From a virus (lineage: Duplodnaviria > Caudoviricetes): 64,000 bases of DNA. Location: positions 96,001-160,000 of the IMG/VR virus record IMGVR_UViG_3300037424_000485. The stretch is one strand, 5' to 3'. Shown here piece after piece: positions 9,255 to 18,324 of the stretch. The position numbers were made by a program, and so were the translations under genes. Each line of letters begins with the position of its first letter. The stretch's first letter is position 1. Below the pieces are notes generated by a model that was not told the DNA's origin, made no database searches, and saw only the letters and a list, made by a program, of their open reading frames with translations.

Positions 9255-9992
9255 ATGTATATATTAACTGATGAAGAAAGAAAAAATCTGAAGGCTATTA
9301 TAGAACCATCAACCTCTATAATGACCAGATTTAGAGATAAAGCCCCCGGCTCTTATAAACATTGCCAAGCTGTATCTGCATTATGTGAAAATGTTGCCCT
9401 TGAGTTGGGTCTTGATGTAGATTTAATGTCTGCTGCTGGTATGCTCCATGATATTGGTAAGATAGTAAATCCAGGATATTTTACTGAGAATCAAGAGAAT
9501 GTCAATCCTCATGATGAATTAGATCCATTTGTATCATATCAGATTATAACAAGGCATATTAGCGATACTGTTTTAATGCTAACTCAAATGACAGATATTA
9601 CTCGTAAAGTTATCGAGATTGTATCAGAGCATCACGGAGATGCAATTTTAATGCCATTTTATCTAAAACAAAAGGAAAAAACTAAGAATGGTATATTAGA
9701 AGATAGGTTTAGATATAAAAGCAGAAAGCCAACAACTACTGAATCATCAGTGTTGATGATTGTCGATTGTATAGAGGCAACTGCCAAATCTATATATAAC
9801 TCTGGTAAGCAGATCAATGTTAAAGAGATGGTCGATTCTGCATTCATACGACTCGAAGATGATGAACAGCTTGACGAATTAAAGATAGGTATTAAAAGAA
9901 TTATCAAGCAAGTGATATACAAGGAAGTTGAGAGTATATACCATAAGAGAGTTTCTTATGAAGAATTAGAAAAGGAATCTCAAAATGTCTGA
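9255..9992 (+). CDS. Stand-alone HD (HDIG) phosphohydrolase resembling the HD domain of PgpH/YqfF 7TM-HD proteins
   Basis: PGSYKHC..VS.L, LHDIGK..NPGYFTENQ..NPHDEL.P, EHHG, RY..RKPTT.ES..LMI.DCIEA motifs; no TM segments. Confidence 0.8.
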   Translation: MYILTDEERKNLKAIIEPSTSIMTRFRDKAPGSYKHCQAVSALCENVALELGLDVDLMSAAGMLHDIGKIVNPGYFTENQENVNPHDELDPFVSYQIITRHISDTVLMLTQMTDITRKVIEIVSEHHGDAILMPFYLKQKEKTKNGILEDRFRYKSRKPTTTESSVLMIVDCIEATAKSIYNSGKQINVKEMVDSAFIRLEDDEQLDELKIGIKRIIKQVIYKEVESIYHKRVSYEELEKESQNV

Positions 9993-10320
9993 TTTATCTG
10001 ACTGTTTAAATGCAGTAAACGAAAAGACAGCATATACCTATAACAAAAAACATTGCAGCGGTTTTATGCTTGCAATGTGGTTATCTCATGATCCAGGGCT
10101 TATTGGTATTTGCAATAAAATAAACCCATATATATTCAATTTACCAGATGAGTTAATATATAAATATTTTAGAAAGAATGTTCCGAGTAAGAAGAGATAT
10201 TTAAAATGGACTAAAAAAATTGGTATTGGTATAGAAAAAGATTCAGAAATACAAGAGTTTATGGATAAATATGATGTATCTTCGAGAGAGGCCATGTTGT
10301 CTATAAGACGATTAAAGTAG
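9985..10320 (+). CDS. gp62: Clamp loader small subunit (gp62-like)
   Basis: L.AVNEK..Y, FML..WLS, Y.YF...V..KKRYLKW.KK, REA pattern; position between gp44 and gp45. Confidence 0.75.
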   Translation: MSDLSDCLNAVNEKTAYTYNKKHCSGFMLAMWLSHDPGLIGICNKINPYIFNLPDELIYKYFRKNVPSKKRYLKWTKKIGIGIEKDSEIQEFMDKYDVSSREAMLSIRRLK

Positions 10321-10322
10321 TT

Positions 10323-11177
10323 TTAATTGCATTTATTTCTTCTCATATCACAGCCTTTTTGCTTGTGTATTATATTGTGACATGCTTTGCATAATGTAAT
10401 ACAGTTATCAATATCAGCACTTTCAATAGGATTTATTTCTATCCCTTCAAAGTGGTGACAGTGTAATTGGGCATTGATATCACTACATTTTTGACACATC
10501 CAAATGTCTCTTTCTAATACTAATTTTCTTAATTGTGGTTGTACTTCTCTAGACGTGTTAGTTTTAAACCCTTTAGGATATACTTTTTGACCATATGTTC
10601 CACAAGATTTTTTGCAATTGTCAGAGCAATAAAGACTATTATCACTTGTATAATTTCCATTTATTGATAATATTCTACTAGATATGGACATATTAGTAGG
10701 CTTAAAATACTTACCACAATATTTGCATCTTACCTCAAGTGCTACGCCATCATCAGCCAATCTTGGCTCTTCTTCCATTGTTAGCTGATGAGCATATGTT
10801 TCGTATAATGCATGATATTTGTGATATTGTTTACACTTATTCTTTATATAATCAATATTATCAGTACGATATTGTTTACTTTTTTTCTTTATATAATCAA
10901 TATTATCGGTACGATATTGTTTCTTATATAAAGAAATGTCTTTTTTGTTGTCAATATAATATTGTTTTTGATATAACGAAACGTCTTTTTTGTTGTCAAT
11001 ATAATATTGTCTTGACTTCTCTATAATATCTTCTCTATTGTTAATATAGTGCTGTTTTCTACATTGTTTACAATTAAAGTTATGACCATCTTTTGCTGAT
11101 TTAGATATACCAAATTCATCAATAGATTTTATTTCATTACATTTAGTGCATTTTTTGGTATAAATATGGATAGACAT
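10323..11177 (-). CDS. HNH homing endonuclease, antisense insertion between gp62 and gp45; paralog of 26164..26895
   Basis: KKCTKCNE..SIDEF; KQYY.DN repeats; RDIWMCQKC...LHCHH...DNCITLCKACHN. Confidence 0.85.
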   Translation of the reverse strand: MSIHIYTKKCTKCNEIKSIDEFGISKSAKDGHNFNCKQCRKQHYINNREDIIEKSRQYYIDNKKDVSLYQKQYYIDNKKDISLYKKQYRTDNIDYIKKKSKQYRTDNIDYIKNKCKQYHKYHALYETYAHQLTMEEEPRLADDGVALEVRCKYCGKYFKPTNMSISSRILSINGNYTSDNSLYCSDNCKKSCGTYGQKVYPKGFKTNTSREVQPQLRKLVLERDIWMCQKCSDINAQLHCHHFEGIEINPIESADIDNCITLCKACHNIIHKQKGCDMRRNKCN

Positions 11178-11256
11178 GATTTACTCCTTCAAAGTAGATT
11201 GTGGTTAGAAACCCATTAGCTATTAGCGTAGCAATGGGTTTTGTTATTTCTATTAG

Positions 11257-11264
11257 TATTTATA
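11257..11264 (-). promoter_or_regulatory. T4-type late promoter upstream of the HNH gene, followed by a hairpin (11209-11241)
   Basis: TATAAATA on the minus strand; gp55 homolog present in the window. Confidence 0.55.
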
Positions 11265-11332
11265 TAAACTGGTTTACATTTCTGTTATTTTATAGTATTC
11301 TATATATAATATATAAAACAAGGAGAATTATA

Positions 11333-12076
11333 TTGAACGTAAATATTGATAGCTTTAAAAATTTGTTGTTAAAGGGAACTCTTAATTATTCCTCATCGAA
11401 TATTGGCTTTACTGTAGATAAAGAAAGGATAAGAGTTGGTATGCGTGGAGATAATTATGTGGTTATCTTAAAAATGAATAATGATTTAATCCCAGATGTA
11501 AAAGGAGAAGCATCATTTTATTTTGACGAACCAAGTAACCAAATACGAACCCATTTAGATTTATTATCTGACTGTGAGAATGTAGAGATTGGTATTAAAG
11601 ACAATCATATTATTTTAAATGCGGATGGGCAAAAAAGTGTTATTCATTTCTGTTCTCCAAATTTAGTACCAACTTTTAGCGGTTCAGGCCCAAAAACAGA
11701 TGGCGTACATGTGTATGATGTAAAGATAAGTCATGAGTGGATGTATAATCTAGATAAAATTCAAAAAATAGCTAGTAAATTTAAGAAGATATATTTTGTT
11801 GTTAAGAATGGTAAAATATATATTGAAGCAACTGATAAAACAAACAGCTACTCTAATGGTCTGACATTCGAGCTAGGATCTACTGACCTATCAGATACAA
11901 TTATGTGTTTCGATTTTAAACCATTTTCCAATGCATTTAAGGTATTGGGGGATAGATATGAGGAATTCACCATGTCTGTTAATTATATAGAAAAACTGAA
12001 TGCAGGTATTATATCCTTTATTAATGAAGACGGAAGTGAAAAATATTTCATTTTAAGCAAAGATGATATAGATTAA
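11333..12076 (+). CDS. gp45: Sliding clamp (gp45-like); probable TTG start at 11333
   Basis: AGGAG RBS 7 nt before TTG; about 247 aa with clamp-like beta-rich pattern; follows gp44 and gp62 in T4 order. Confidence 0.7.
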   Translation: MNVNIDSFKNLLLKGTLNYSSSNIGFTVDKERIRVGMRGDNYVVILKMNNDLIPDVKGEASFYFDEPSNQIRTHLDLLSDCENVEIGIKDNHIILNADGQKSVIHFCSPNLVPTFSGSGPKTDGVHVYDVKISHEWMYNLDKIQKIASKFKKIYFVVKNGKIYIEATDKTNSYSNGLTFELGSTDLSDTIMCFDFKPFSNAFKVLGDRYEEFTMSVNYIEKLNAGIISFINEDGSEKYFILSKDDID

Positions 12077-12085
12077 AAATAAATG

Positions 12086-12114
12086 TTGACATATTATATC
12101 ACATAGGGTATAGT
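12086..12114 (+). promoter_or_regulatory. Sigma70-type promoter 1 upstream of the Ubl gene
   Basis: TTGACA-17 nt-TATAGT. Confidence 0.7.
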
Positions 12115-12218
12115 ATCTTTCATAATGAAGAGGATATGTTGTTAAAGTAAATAGGTTAGTCTCAATCCACGGATGATGATAGATCCAAAACTTTAACAAC
12201 ATAAACTCAAAAAAGGGG

Positions 12219-12247
12219 TTGACATTATAATTCATAAAGAGTATAGT
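12219..12247 (+). promoter_or_regulatory. Sigma70-type promoter 2 upstream of the Ubl gene
   Basis: TTGACA-17 nt-TATAGT. Confidence 0.75.
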
Positions 12248-12343
12248 GTCTATTAAATAGTAGAGGGATTAATATAGTCCCTAATTAAAGGTGTGTTAGA
12301 ATAATCTAACATGTTAATCAAAATTGTAAAAAGGAGATTTAAA

Positions 12344-12595
12344 ATGGCTTGGAACACTGAAACTACCCATGTTGCAAATGTAACCACTATTACCGTAAAT
12401 GGCTCTCGTCAGTCACTTGATTCATCAGTGGGCGAATCTTTCGGTTCGACTGTTGTAGAAGCAGCAGTCGCCGCAAATATGGGCAAATTCCGCGTATTTC
12501 TTAATGGAGCGGAGATTGATCAGGCAGATGCACCCACCACTATTACAGCTGGCATGGCTATTGAGCTGAAGCCCTACGATGTAGCAGGGATGTAA
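12344..12595 (+). CDS. Ubiquitin-like (beta-grasp, ThiS/MoaD/SAMP-type) protein, 83 aa, ending PYDVAG-M
   Basis: AAGGAG RBS; TITVNG...FRVFLNG.EI...ITAGMAIELKPYDVAG strand pattern; penultimate Gly; E2/E1/JAB genes downstream. Confidence 0.75.
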   Translation: MAWNTETTHVANVTTITVNGSRQSLDSSVGESFGSTVVEAAVAANMGKFRVFLNGAEIDQADAPTTITAGMAIELKPYDVAGM

Positions 12596-12629
12596 TGTCG
12601 TAAAATCAATGACTTATGTTGTTGAACAT

Positions 12630-12856
12630 GAGGACATCCGATATACCATTTTTAGCAAGTTATAATACCAGAGATTTGTACAATCTCGTCCCATGAAAGG
12701 ATACTTTCAGGTTATCATATCTCCCTTGTTAGGTGTATCAAAAATGTCATTTTATTAGCTGTTGACTCTGTGCTGGTTGTCCTATCAATGTACAGATAGA
12801 TTAAGAGGGTAGAAGTAGGACTGATGACCCTTTTGTTAATTTAAAATGATGTCCTC
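12630..12856 (+). ncRNA. Candidate structured RNA between the Ubl stop and a terminator
   Basis: Closing stem GAGGACATC/GATGTCCTC; internal helices GATATACC/GGTGTATC, GAGATT/AATCTC, CTATC/GATAG, AGGGT/ACCCT; no ORF over 30 aa found. Confidence 0.35.
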
Positions 12857-12860
12857 TTTT

Positions 12861-12900
12861 AAGGGATATAGACCAAACGGTTTATATCCCTTATTTTTTT
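12861..12900 (+). terminator. Rho-independent terminator
   Basis: AAGGGATATAGACC-aaac-GGTTTATATCCCTT followed by a T-tract. Confidence 0.8.
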
Positions 12901-13018
12901 GCCTTTTACAATAATAACTCTTGACAGATAATAATTTTTCTTATATATTAGGGGAAATGATTGTATTTTATTAATTATTAAAACTAAGGAAAAAATATGT
13001 GGACAACAGCAAGTAATA

Positions 13019-13414
13019 ATGGGAAAATCTCAAAAAAACATATGCCCTGAGTGTCATTGTGAGATTGGGGCTTTTCCTCTAACTTTTAAGGATGGAAGTC
13101 TGGGATGTGAAGAGTGTGTATTAGAGGATAATAAAAAGATAAAGTTTTCATGGTATCTAGACAATTATCCCTCTCTTGATATTGATGACTGCGAACGTCT
13201 TGATGAATATGGTGATATTACAAAACTAAAAAATAAATGGGTCACTATTATTTTTGGGGATTTTTTAAGTGCCTTGTGGTGTGCTGGATTTGATAATAAA
13301 CAAGATGTTGAAGATTTTCTTAAAGATTCCATCGAAGAAATCAATTCGGATTCAGATATAATCGTGTACCATTTTGGTAAGGTAGTTAATTGGAAATTTT
13401 CTATCGAAGATTGA
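13019..13414 (+). CDS. Zn-ribbon protein within the Ubl locus
   Basis: CPEC and CEEC; TTGACA promoter-like box upstream. Confidence 0.55.
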   Translation: MGKSQKNICPECHCEIGAFPLTFKDGSLGCEECVLEDNKKIKFSWYLDNYPSLDIDDCERLDEYGDITKLKNKWVTIIFGDFLSALWCAGFDNKQDVEDFLKDSIEEINSDSDIIVYHFGKVVNWKFSIED

Positions 13415-13498
13415 AATAATCCTTGACTTTTAATAGTTATGGGATTAAGATAGCCCAGATAGTATAAACAAATATTAATTCTAACTAAGGAAAATAAA

Positions 13499-14380
13499 AT
13501 GGTATCGTCAAAAACAGATGTTGAAAAACTACAAAAAGAGGTGTCTCTAGGAGTAGATGAAATCATCTCTGGTATCGATCTCACAGATATTCGTGCCTCT
13601 GGTATTATCATCACCGTAGGTGGAAAGCGCGTAAGGCTTGAGGTTGCTGAAGAGCAGATAGTTGAAGAAGATGCAATTCGTAAAGAACTGACTGAAAAAT
13701 TCAATGAGAAGCTTCAGTCAATTCGTAGCTTCGTTAATGAGAAGGCTATGAGTATTGAAAATGTACTCTCCACATATCGTAATGATTACGAAAAGAAAGA
13801 AAAAGCTCTTGATATTCGTCTTTCAGAGGCTAATATCATGCCAGACATTACACGCTCTCACTCATACAAGGGACTTTCTGTTGTTAAGGGTGGAGGGCCT
13901 ACTTATGCTGGTAGGGCTGATGTGTTTACATGGATCTATCGCACCACATATAAACCCACTAGGTGGAATGGCATTCCTCTAAATCAAAATTTTGCAAAGA
14001 AGATGATTACACCTATCATTATTGAACTTACAACTGAGAGAGATAAAATTCTTGCAATTCGTGTCAAAACATATATTGGAGATAGGGATTTTAGTCACTA
14101 TCACAACAATTGTTGGGGTGAATGGAAATATAGTGCAGAGATAGTAAAGACACCTGATGATATCCTACGTGTTTGTGAAACAGCATCTGCTGTACTTGAT
14201 AATATCAATGGAAGGTCTTTAGCTCAGAGTGCTCCGAATGGTTTGCCTAGAGCATCTACCGTTGAAAAAAATGTTATCAAAACAAATCCAGGGGCATCAA
14301 CTGTTGTATCGAGTAATAGAGCAGATGAAAGGGCCGGTCTTGATATGACTGTAGAACCTGATTCTGGATGGACAACTTGA
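13499..14380 (+). CDS. Prokaryotic E2-like (UBC-fold) conjugating enzyme with N-terminal coiled coil
   Basis: FSHYHNNCWG resembles the HPH..CWG/CLG catalytic segment of Prok-E2 families; downstream VLDNINGRS resembles the L..PN..S element; context next to ThiF and JAB. Confidence 0.65.
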   Translation: MVSSKTDVEKLQKEVSLGVDEIISGIDLTDIRASGIIITVGGKRVRLEVAEEQIVEEDAIRKELTEKFNEKLQSIRSFVNEKAMSIENVLSTYRNDYEKKEKALDIRLSEANIMPDITRSHSYKGLSVVKGGGPTYAGRADVFTWIYRTTYKPTRWNGIPLNQNFAKKMITPIIIELTTERDKILAIRVKTYIGDRDFSHYHNNCWGEWKYSAEIVKTPDDILRVCETASAVLDNINGRSLAQSAPNGLPRASTVEKNVIKTNPGASTVVSSNRADERAGLDMTVEPDSGWTT

Positions 14381-14555
14381 TTAAAACATAAGGGGTCGAA
14401 ATATACCCCTTATAGTAAGGTATGGATATCTTGTCTAATAATAATAATATTTCTGAAAATAGTTGAGTTCTTTTATTCATTAAAAACTTCTTGACTATAC
14501 CTAAAAATATGGTATATTGTCTTTATAGATTAAATATTAACAAAGAGAGGGATAT

Positions 14556-15167
14556 ATGTCACTAGGTGGAACGCTTTATAATCGTCAAGAAACATTAGGT
14601 CTAAATGTTGATCAATCCGTGGTTTGTATCGGCGCGGGTGGAATTGGATTCCATGTAACCAAAATGCTTGCAATGTCTGGTATTAAAAATCTGTTTGTGT
14701 TTGATACAGACATTTTTGAAGAGCATAATCTTAATCGTATCGACTGTCCTACTGATTGTATTGGTATGAACAAAGCTGATGCTATCAAGATGTTCGTTGA
14801 GCAGATGCGTCCAGATTGCTATATTAAAGCATTCCCATATCAATTCTCTCCATCTTTTGTTAATATGGCAGAAATTGATTGGATTGTTGACTGTACCGAT
14901 GTTTTTGAAGCACAATTGAAACATCAGGGATTTGCAGATCAATACAAAGTAAAGTACCAGAAAGCTGGATATGATGGAGAATCAATGTCCATCAATAGCA
15001 GAGTTGGCACATGGGATACAGGTAATACTCCTGATGGTTATCAAATAACCCCCTCATGGGTTGTTCCTACTATTATTATTGCGGCTTTGGCTGTTGGGAA
15101 AGTTCTGAAATATACAACTGGTGAGATGGGTTGTAATTTAAAAGACTTTTATACATTATCAGATTAA
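14556..15167 (+). CDS. ThiF/MoeB/E1-family adenylating enzyme
   Basis: GAGGIG, D.D.FEEHNLNR, IGMNKA, WIVDCTD motifs. Confidence 0.92.
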   Translation: MSLGGTLYNRQETLGLNVDQSVVCIGAGGIGFHVTKMLAMSGIKNLFVFDTDIFEEHNLNRIDCPTDCIGMNKADAIKMFVEQMRPDCYIKAFPYQFSPSFVNMAEIDWIVDCTDVFEAQLKHQGFADQYKVKYQKAGYDGESMSINSRVGTWDTGNTPDGYQITPSWVVPTIIIAALAVGKVLKYTTGEMGCNLKDFYTLSD

Positions 15168-15185
15168 TACAATAGAGGAATAACC

Positions 15186-15650
15186 ATGGTTAATATTACA
15201 TGCAAGAAAATACAGACATATGTAATCAGTGCTGATGAGATTTACAATCTCATCTTAGATAAATATGATGCTGTTGATGGTAAATTTGGACAATTGTTCC
15301 TATATAAAGAGACTGTATCTACAGTTATTGATAAACAAGATTTATTTGAATTTTCTATTGTTCTTAATGATAATGAAAAGGCGTTTAAATTACCACCATA
15401 TAACACTGGTGGTGAATGTATATCAGTAAATAAGGCGTGGGAAGTTCCAGCAACTCCTTTATCTCTGAACGAACCATGGACAGTTACACCTATTAAACAT
15501 GTACATCCTGAAAGTAAACCATTTATTGGTGACTCATGGACAACAGAAAAACCCAGCGATCTCCCCATTATAGACGATATTTATTCTGTTGTGGATAATG
15601 ATCTTCCTATCGTGGATGATGATTTTGAAGAGGCCGGTGGTTCACAATAA
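15186..15650 (+). CDS. Hypothetical protein between E1 and JAB (PWT repeats, acidic tail)
   Basis: RBS GAGG; operonic position. Confidence 0.6.
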   Translation: MVNITCKKIQTYVISADEIYNLILDKYDAVDGKFGQLFLYKETVSTVIDKQDLFEFSIVLNDNEKAFKLPPYNTGGECISVNKAWEVPATPLSLNEPWTVTPIKHVHPESKPFIGDSWTTEKPSDLPIIDDIYSVVDNDLPIVDDDFEEAGGSQ

Positions 15651-15676
15651 GTTATACAATAATATCAATACTATAG

Positions 15677-17140
15677 GTGGACATGATGGGATTGCGAAGA
15701 CAGAAATATAAAGGGATGATAAAAAATAGAAATGTAAAAAGTATCTTGGATCAATTTAAAGAGAGGGATATCGATAAAGGACGAGATATGTATATCCACT
15801 CAGATTCATGTATTAAAAATGACTGTAATATCCCCCTAAATGTAAGAGGTGGTTTGCTTGGTAGAGTATTTACGCCTAGTGTGGTATATACCCCACCAGC
15901 TCCCGATTACTGGCAAGCACCAGAGCCAAAAGAGATTAAATATCATGCTCTAGCTCCACAACAACATGATGTTATTTTTACTCAATTGGTAAAAGCAAAA
16001 ATCGATACTCTGATGTCTGCATATCCTAACATTGAGTGGCTGGTATATCTGTCTGGAAAGAGAGAGGACAATACAACATATATTAACGATTTGATTGTTC
16101 CTGTTCAGAGTGTTACCAGTGTCCGTGTTGATAAAATTGAACTTGAGAATATGGGATCTCTTCCTATTGTTGGTGTTATGCACTCACATCATGGTATGGG
16201 AAACGGTTTCTCAGGTACTGATGATATGTTTATCAATGCAAACCATCTTCTGTCTTTGTGTATCTCACATGGTGGTATCAACGGTCAATTTCGATGGGGT
16301 ACTCCTGAAGGTGATCAGGTTATGATCAAAGCATCTGTAAAAATTGAATACAGCTTTGGTTTTGATGCTGAAGAATTTAAAAAGCATTGTAGTGAAAATA
16401 TCTCAGAAATTACATACGCTAATCACGGACGTAATTTTGGATATCTCACCAATACACGAAATGCATATTGTAACATTATGAATCCATCACTTGATGATTT
16501 GATGGAAGAATTATCTGATGGAGATACTGATGGAATCGGATTCATGCATCATGGATCTACAGATATTGCCAATATTCCTAACAATTTTATCATACCGCCT
16601 GATAATTGCCCTTCTTGTAATAGTGTAGATATTGTCGATAGCGGGGATGGATGGTTCTGTAGTGTATGTGGTGATGAAGGATATCATTTCGAGGAAGGTA
16701 GCATTGGATTCAATGATGTCCCTGTTGATGAGCATCGATATTTTGATAATATTTCAGAAAGACCCAAAGAAAGCGTCAAATCTAATACATATCCTCTTAA
16801 ATCAGAGGATTTTGAAGAGGCCGAGAGTTTAGGATATATCCAATGTGAGAGGTGTTTATCCCATTTCGATAAAATTGATGTGTATATGGGAAATCATCCA
16901 ACAGATCATATTGACGGAGATCCTGAGTGTTCTCTGTGTAAGGAGTGTTTCGTAATATTGAAATATCATCCTAAAGCATCAACAGTTCCATTTACCTGGA
17001 CTACATCAAAGGAAGTAGAGGTAATTACAGACGGTGTTCAATGTGCTAAGTGTGATTCAATTCATATTGTTGATAACATTGTTAGCACTCCAATAGGTAA
17101 TATCTGTAGAGGATGTTATAATCTTTGGTTAAGAAGGTAA
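15677..17140 (+). CDS. JAB/MPN+ metalloprotease (Prok-JAB) with C-terminal multiple Zn ribbons
   Basis: EWLVYL and GVMHSHHGMGNGFSGTDD (E...HxHx7Sx2D); CPSC..CSVC, CERC..CSLC, CAKC..CRGC. Confidence 0.88.
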   Translation: MDMMGLRRQKYKGMIKNRNVKSILDQFKERDIDKGRDMYIHSDSCIKNDCNIPLNVRGGLLGRVFTPSVVYTPPAPDYWQAPEPKEIKYHALAPQQHDVIFTQLVKAKIDTLMSAYPNIEWLVYLSGKREDNTTYINDLIVPVQSVTSVRVDKIELENMGSLPIVGVMHSHHGMGNGFSGTDDMFINANHLLSLCISHGGINGQFRWGTPEGDQVMIKASVKIEYSFGFDAEEFKKHCSENISEITYANHGRNFGYLTNTRNAYCNIMNPSLDDLMEELSDGDTDGIGFMHHGSTDIANIPNNFIIPPDNCPSCNSVDIVDSGDGWFCSVCGDEGYHFEEGSIGFNDVPVDEHRYFDNISERPKESVKSNTYPLKSEDFEEAESLGYIQCERCLSHFDKIDVYMGNHPTDHIDGDPECSLCKECFVILKYHPKASTVPFTWTTSKEVEVITDGVQCAKCDSIHIVDNIVSTPIGNICRGCYNLWLRR

Positions 17141-17179
17141 TAATGTTTTAAATATAGCAGAAAATGTGAGGAATTATTT

Positions 17180-17593
17180 ATGGTTTATAGGGATTCTGAA
17201 GGGGCCGAATGTAATTTGTTACAGATGGTGAAAAGAGAGCCAGAATGGGCGGCATCCAGGGTGATCGAAGGCGATCAGGCTATTAAAAGAGTGTCAGAAT
17301 TAGAGCACACGCTTAAAGAGATAACAACAGACCTACATGATGTGAGATCAGACCTACATGATGTGAGATCAGATCTACATGATGTGAGATCAGATCTATT
17401 ATTGTTTTGTTTATTCATTATCTTCAATGGAAAAGGAGGATTGATGAACATCATAAGAGTAGGTGGATTTATCGCTTGCTTTACAATTTTAATCTTAGGA
17501 GTTTATGACCACAATCTTGTAGAGGCATTAGGATGGGGAGCTGCTTCCCTTTATATGGGATGGGTAGTTGCGAAAGGGTTTCTTAAAGCATAA
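17180..17593 (+). CDS. Hypothetical ORF, probably a readthrough fusion of a coiled-coil gene and a small membrane-protein gene
   Basis: Internal AGGAGG RBS before MNIIRVGG; 21-bp triple repeat inside. Confidence 0.4.
   Translation: MVYRDSEGAECNLLQMVKREPEWAASRVIEGDQAIKRVSELEHTLKEITTDLHDVRSDLHDVRSDLHDVRSDLLLFCLFIIFNGKGGLMNIIRVGGFIACFTILILGVYDHNLVEALGWGAASLYMGWVVAKGFLKA
17330..17398 (+). repeat. 21-bp tandem repeat x3 (LHDVRSD)
   Basis: GA(C/T)CTACATGATGTGAGATCA repeated with no spacers. Confidence 0.85.
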
Positions 17594-17636
17594 CGATGAA
17601 GCTAAAGCTGTGCGCGTATTAGCTTCATCGTTATAT
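17588..17636. mobile_element. Short attC-like inverted repeat (also a possible terminator)
   Basis: GCATAAC-GATGAAGCTAA...TTAGCTTCATC-GTTATAT; ORF stop TAA lies within the AAC box; 49 bp, shorter than canonical attC. Confidence 0.4.
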
Positions 17637-17678
17637 TGTGAATTAAATAATTATTTTTTCATATTTCTTATTTTTGTG

Positions 17679-17707
17679 TTGACAGGTATCAACTCATGTT
17701 GTATTGT
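17679..17707 (+). promoter_or_regulatory. Sigma70-type promoter just after the attC-like site
   Basis: TTGACA-17 nt-TATTGT with AT-rich UP region. Confidence 0.65.
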
Positions 17708-17740
17708 ATTTATAACAGAGAGGGAATAACCCCAAACTAC

Positions 17741-18037
17741 ATGAGCCAAGGAAATGATATGCCAGAATCAATATGTACCGGGAGACTTAGTTGGGAAGTT
17801 AGCAAGAACAAGTATGGTTCTGGTAGAACAGCTAAACTTGGTAAGTGGGCAGTAGCAGACACATGTTATGATATGATGTTGTCTAGGGATGATACCACTA
17901 CTGGGAGGTTCAAGCTTACCTGCCATCTCCCAGGCATCAAGAAGATTTTGGGAAACTACCAAACAGAAGAAGAAGCTATGAAACGTGGGGAAGAGGTTGT
18001 TTGTTTCTGGATTAATGCATCGGGGGTATCACTATGA
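17741..18037 (+). CDS. Hypothetical protein (start moved to ATG 17741)
   Basis: GAGGG RBS; the ORF-track N-terminus overlaps the promoter. Confidence 0.55.
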   Translation: MSQGNDMPESICTGRLSWEVSKNKYGSGRTAKLGKWAVADTCYDMMLSRDDTTTGRFKLTCHLPGIKKILGNYQTEEEAMKRGEEVVCFWINASGVSL

Positions 18038-18300
18038 GTAGACCACCTGATAACTTGATTAAACTGAAAAGTGAAACGTTAGACTTATGTGAATATAAAT
18101 CCGGTGGTAGTTTGGGTTTCTGGTTGTATGACGAAACAAGAAGCATGAATCTTGCTATGAGGGCAAAGACTAAAGATGATGCATTTGTTGAAGCCTTACA
18201 CTATTACCAAGAACGCTTATTAGAAGTTGAGCAGGAGTATGTGGCTTTACAGACAAAGGTCAACAATTTCGTTTCGCAATTTTGTGAGGAAGTTGATTGA
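18034..18300 (+). CDS. Hypothetical coiled-coil protein
   Basis: ATGA overlap with the previous gene. Confidence 0.6.
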   Translation: MSRPPDNLIKLKSETLDLCEYKSGGSLGFWLYDETRSMNLAMRAKTKDDAFVEALHYYQERLLEVEQEYVALQTKVNNFVSQFCEEVD

Positions 18301-18324
18301 TTATAAAACATAATAGGATATAGA

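Noticed and set aside
11201-11332. Hydrophobic N-terminal extension on gp45, and similar extensions on 30805..31659, 12311 and 17696
   Set aside because: These are upstream in-frame starts in AT-rich promoter DNA; RBS-supported starts lie downstream.
12815-12835. Hammerhead ribozyme (CTGATGA)
   Set aside because: No stem II followed by GAAA and no matching stems I/III; the motif sits inside a simple AGGGT/ACCCT hairpin.
14556-15167. Thiamine/molybdopterin biosynthesis role for the ThiF gene
   Set aside because: No thiG, thiS-operon, moaE or cysteine desulfurase neighbours; the E2-like and JAB genes point to conjugation. Not fully excluded without an assay.
17330-17398. CRISPR array
   Set aside because: The 21-bp units are contiguous with no spacers and are in-frame coding; no cas genes are present.
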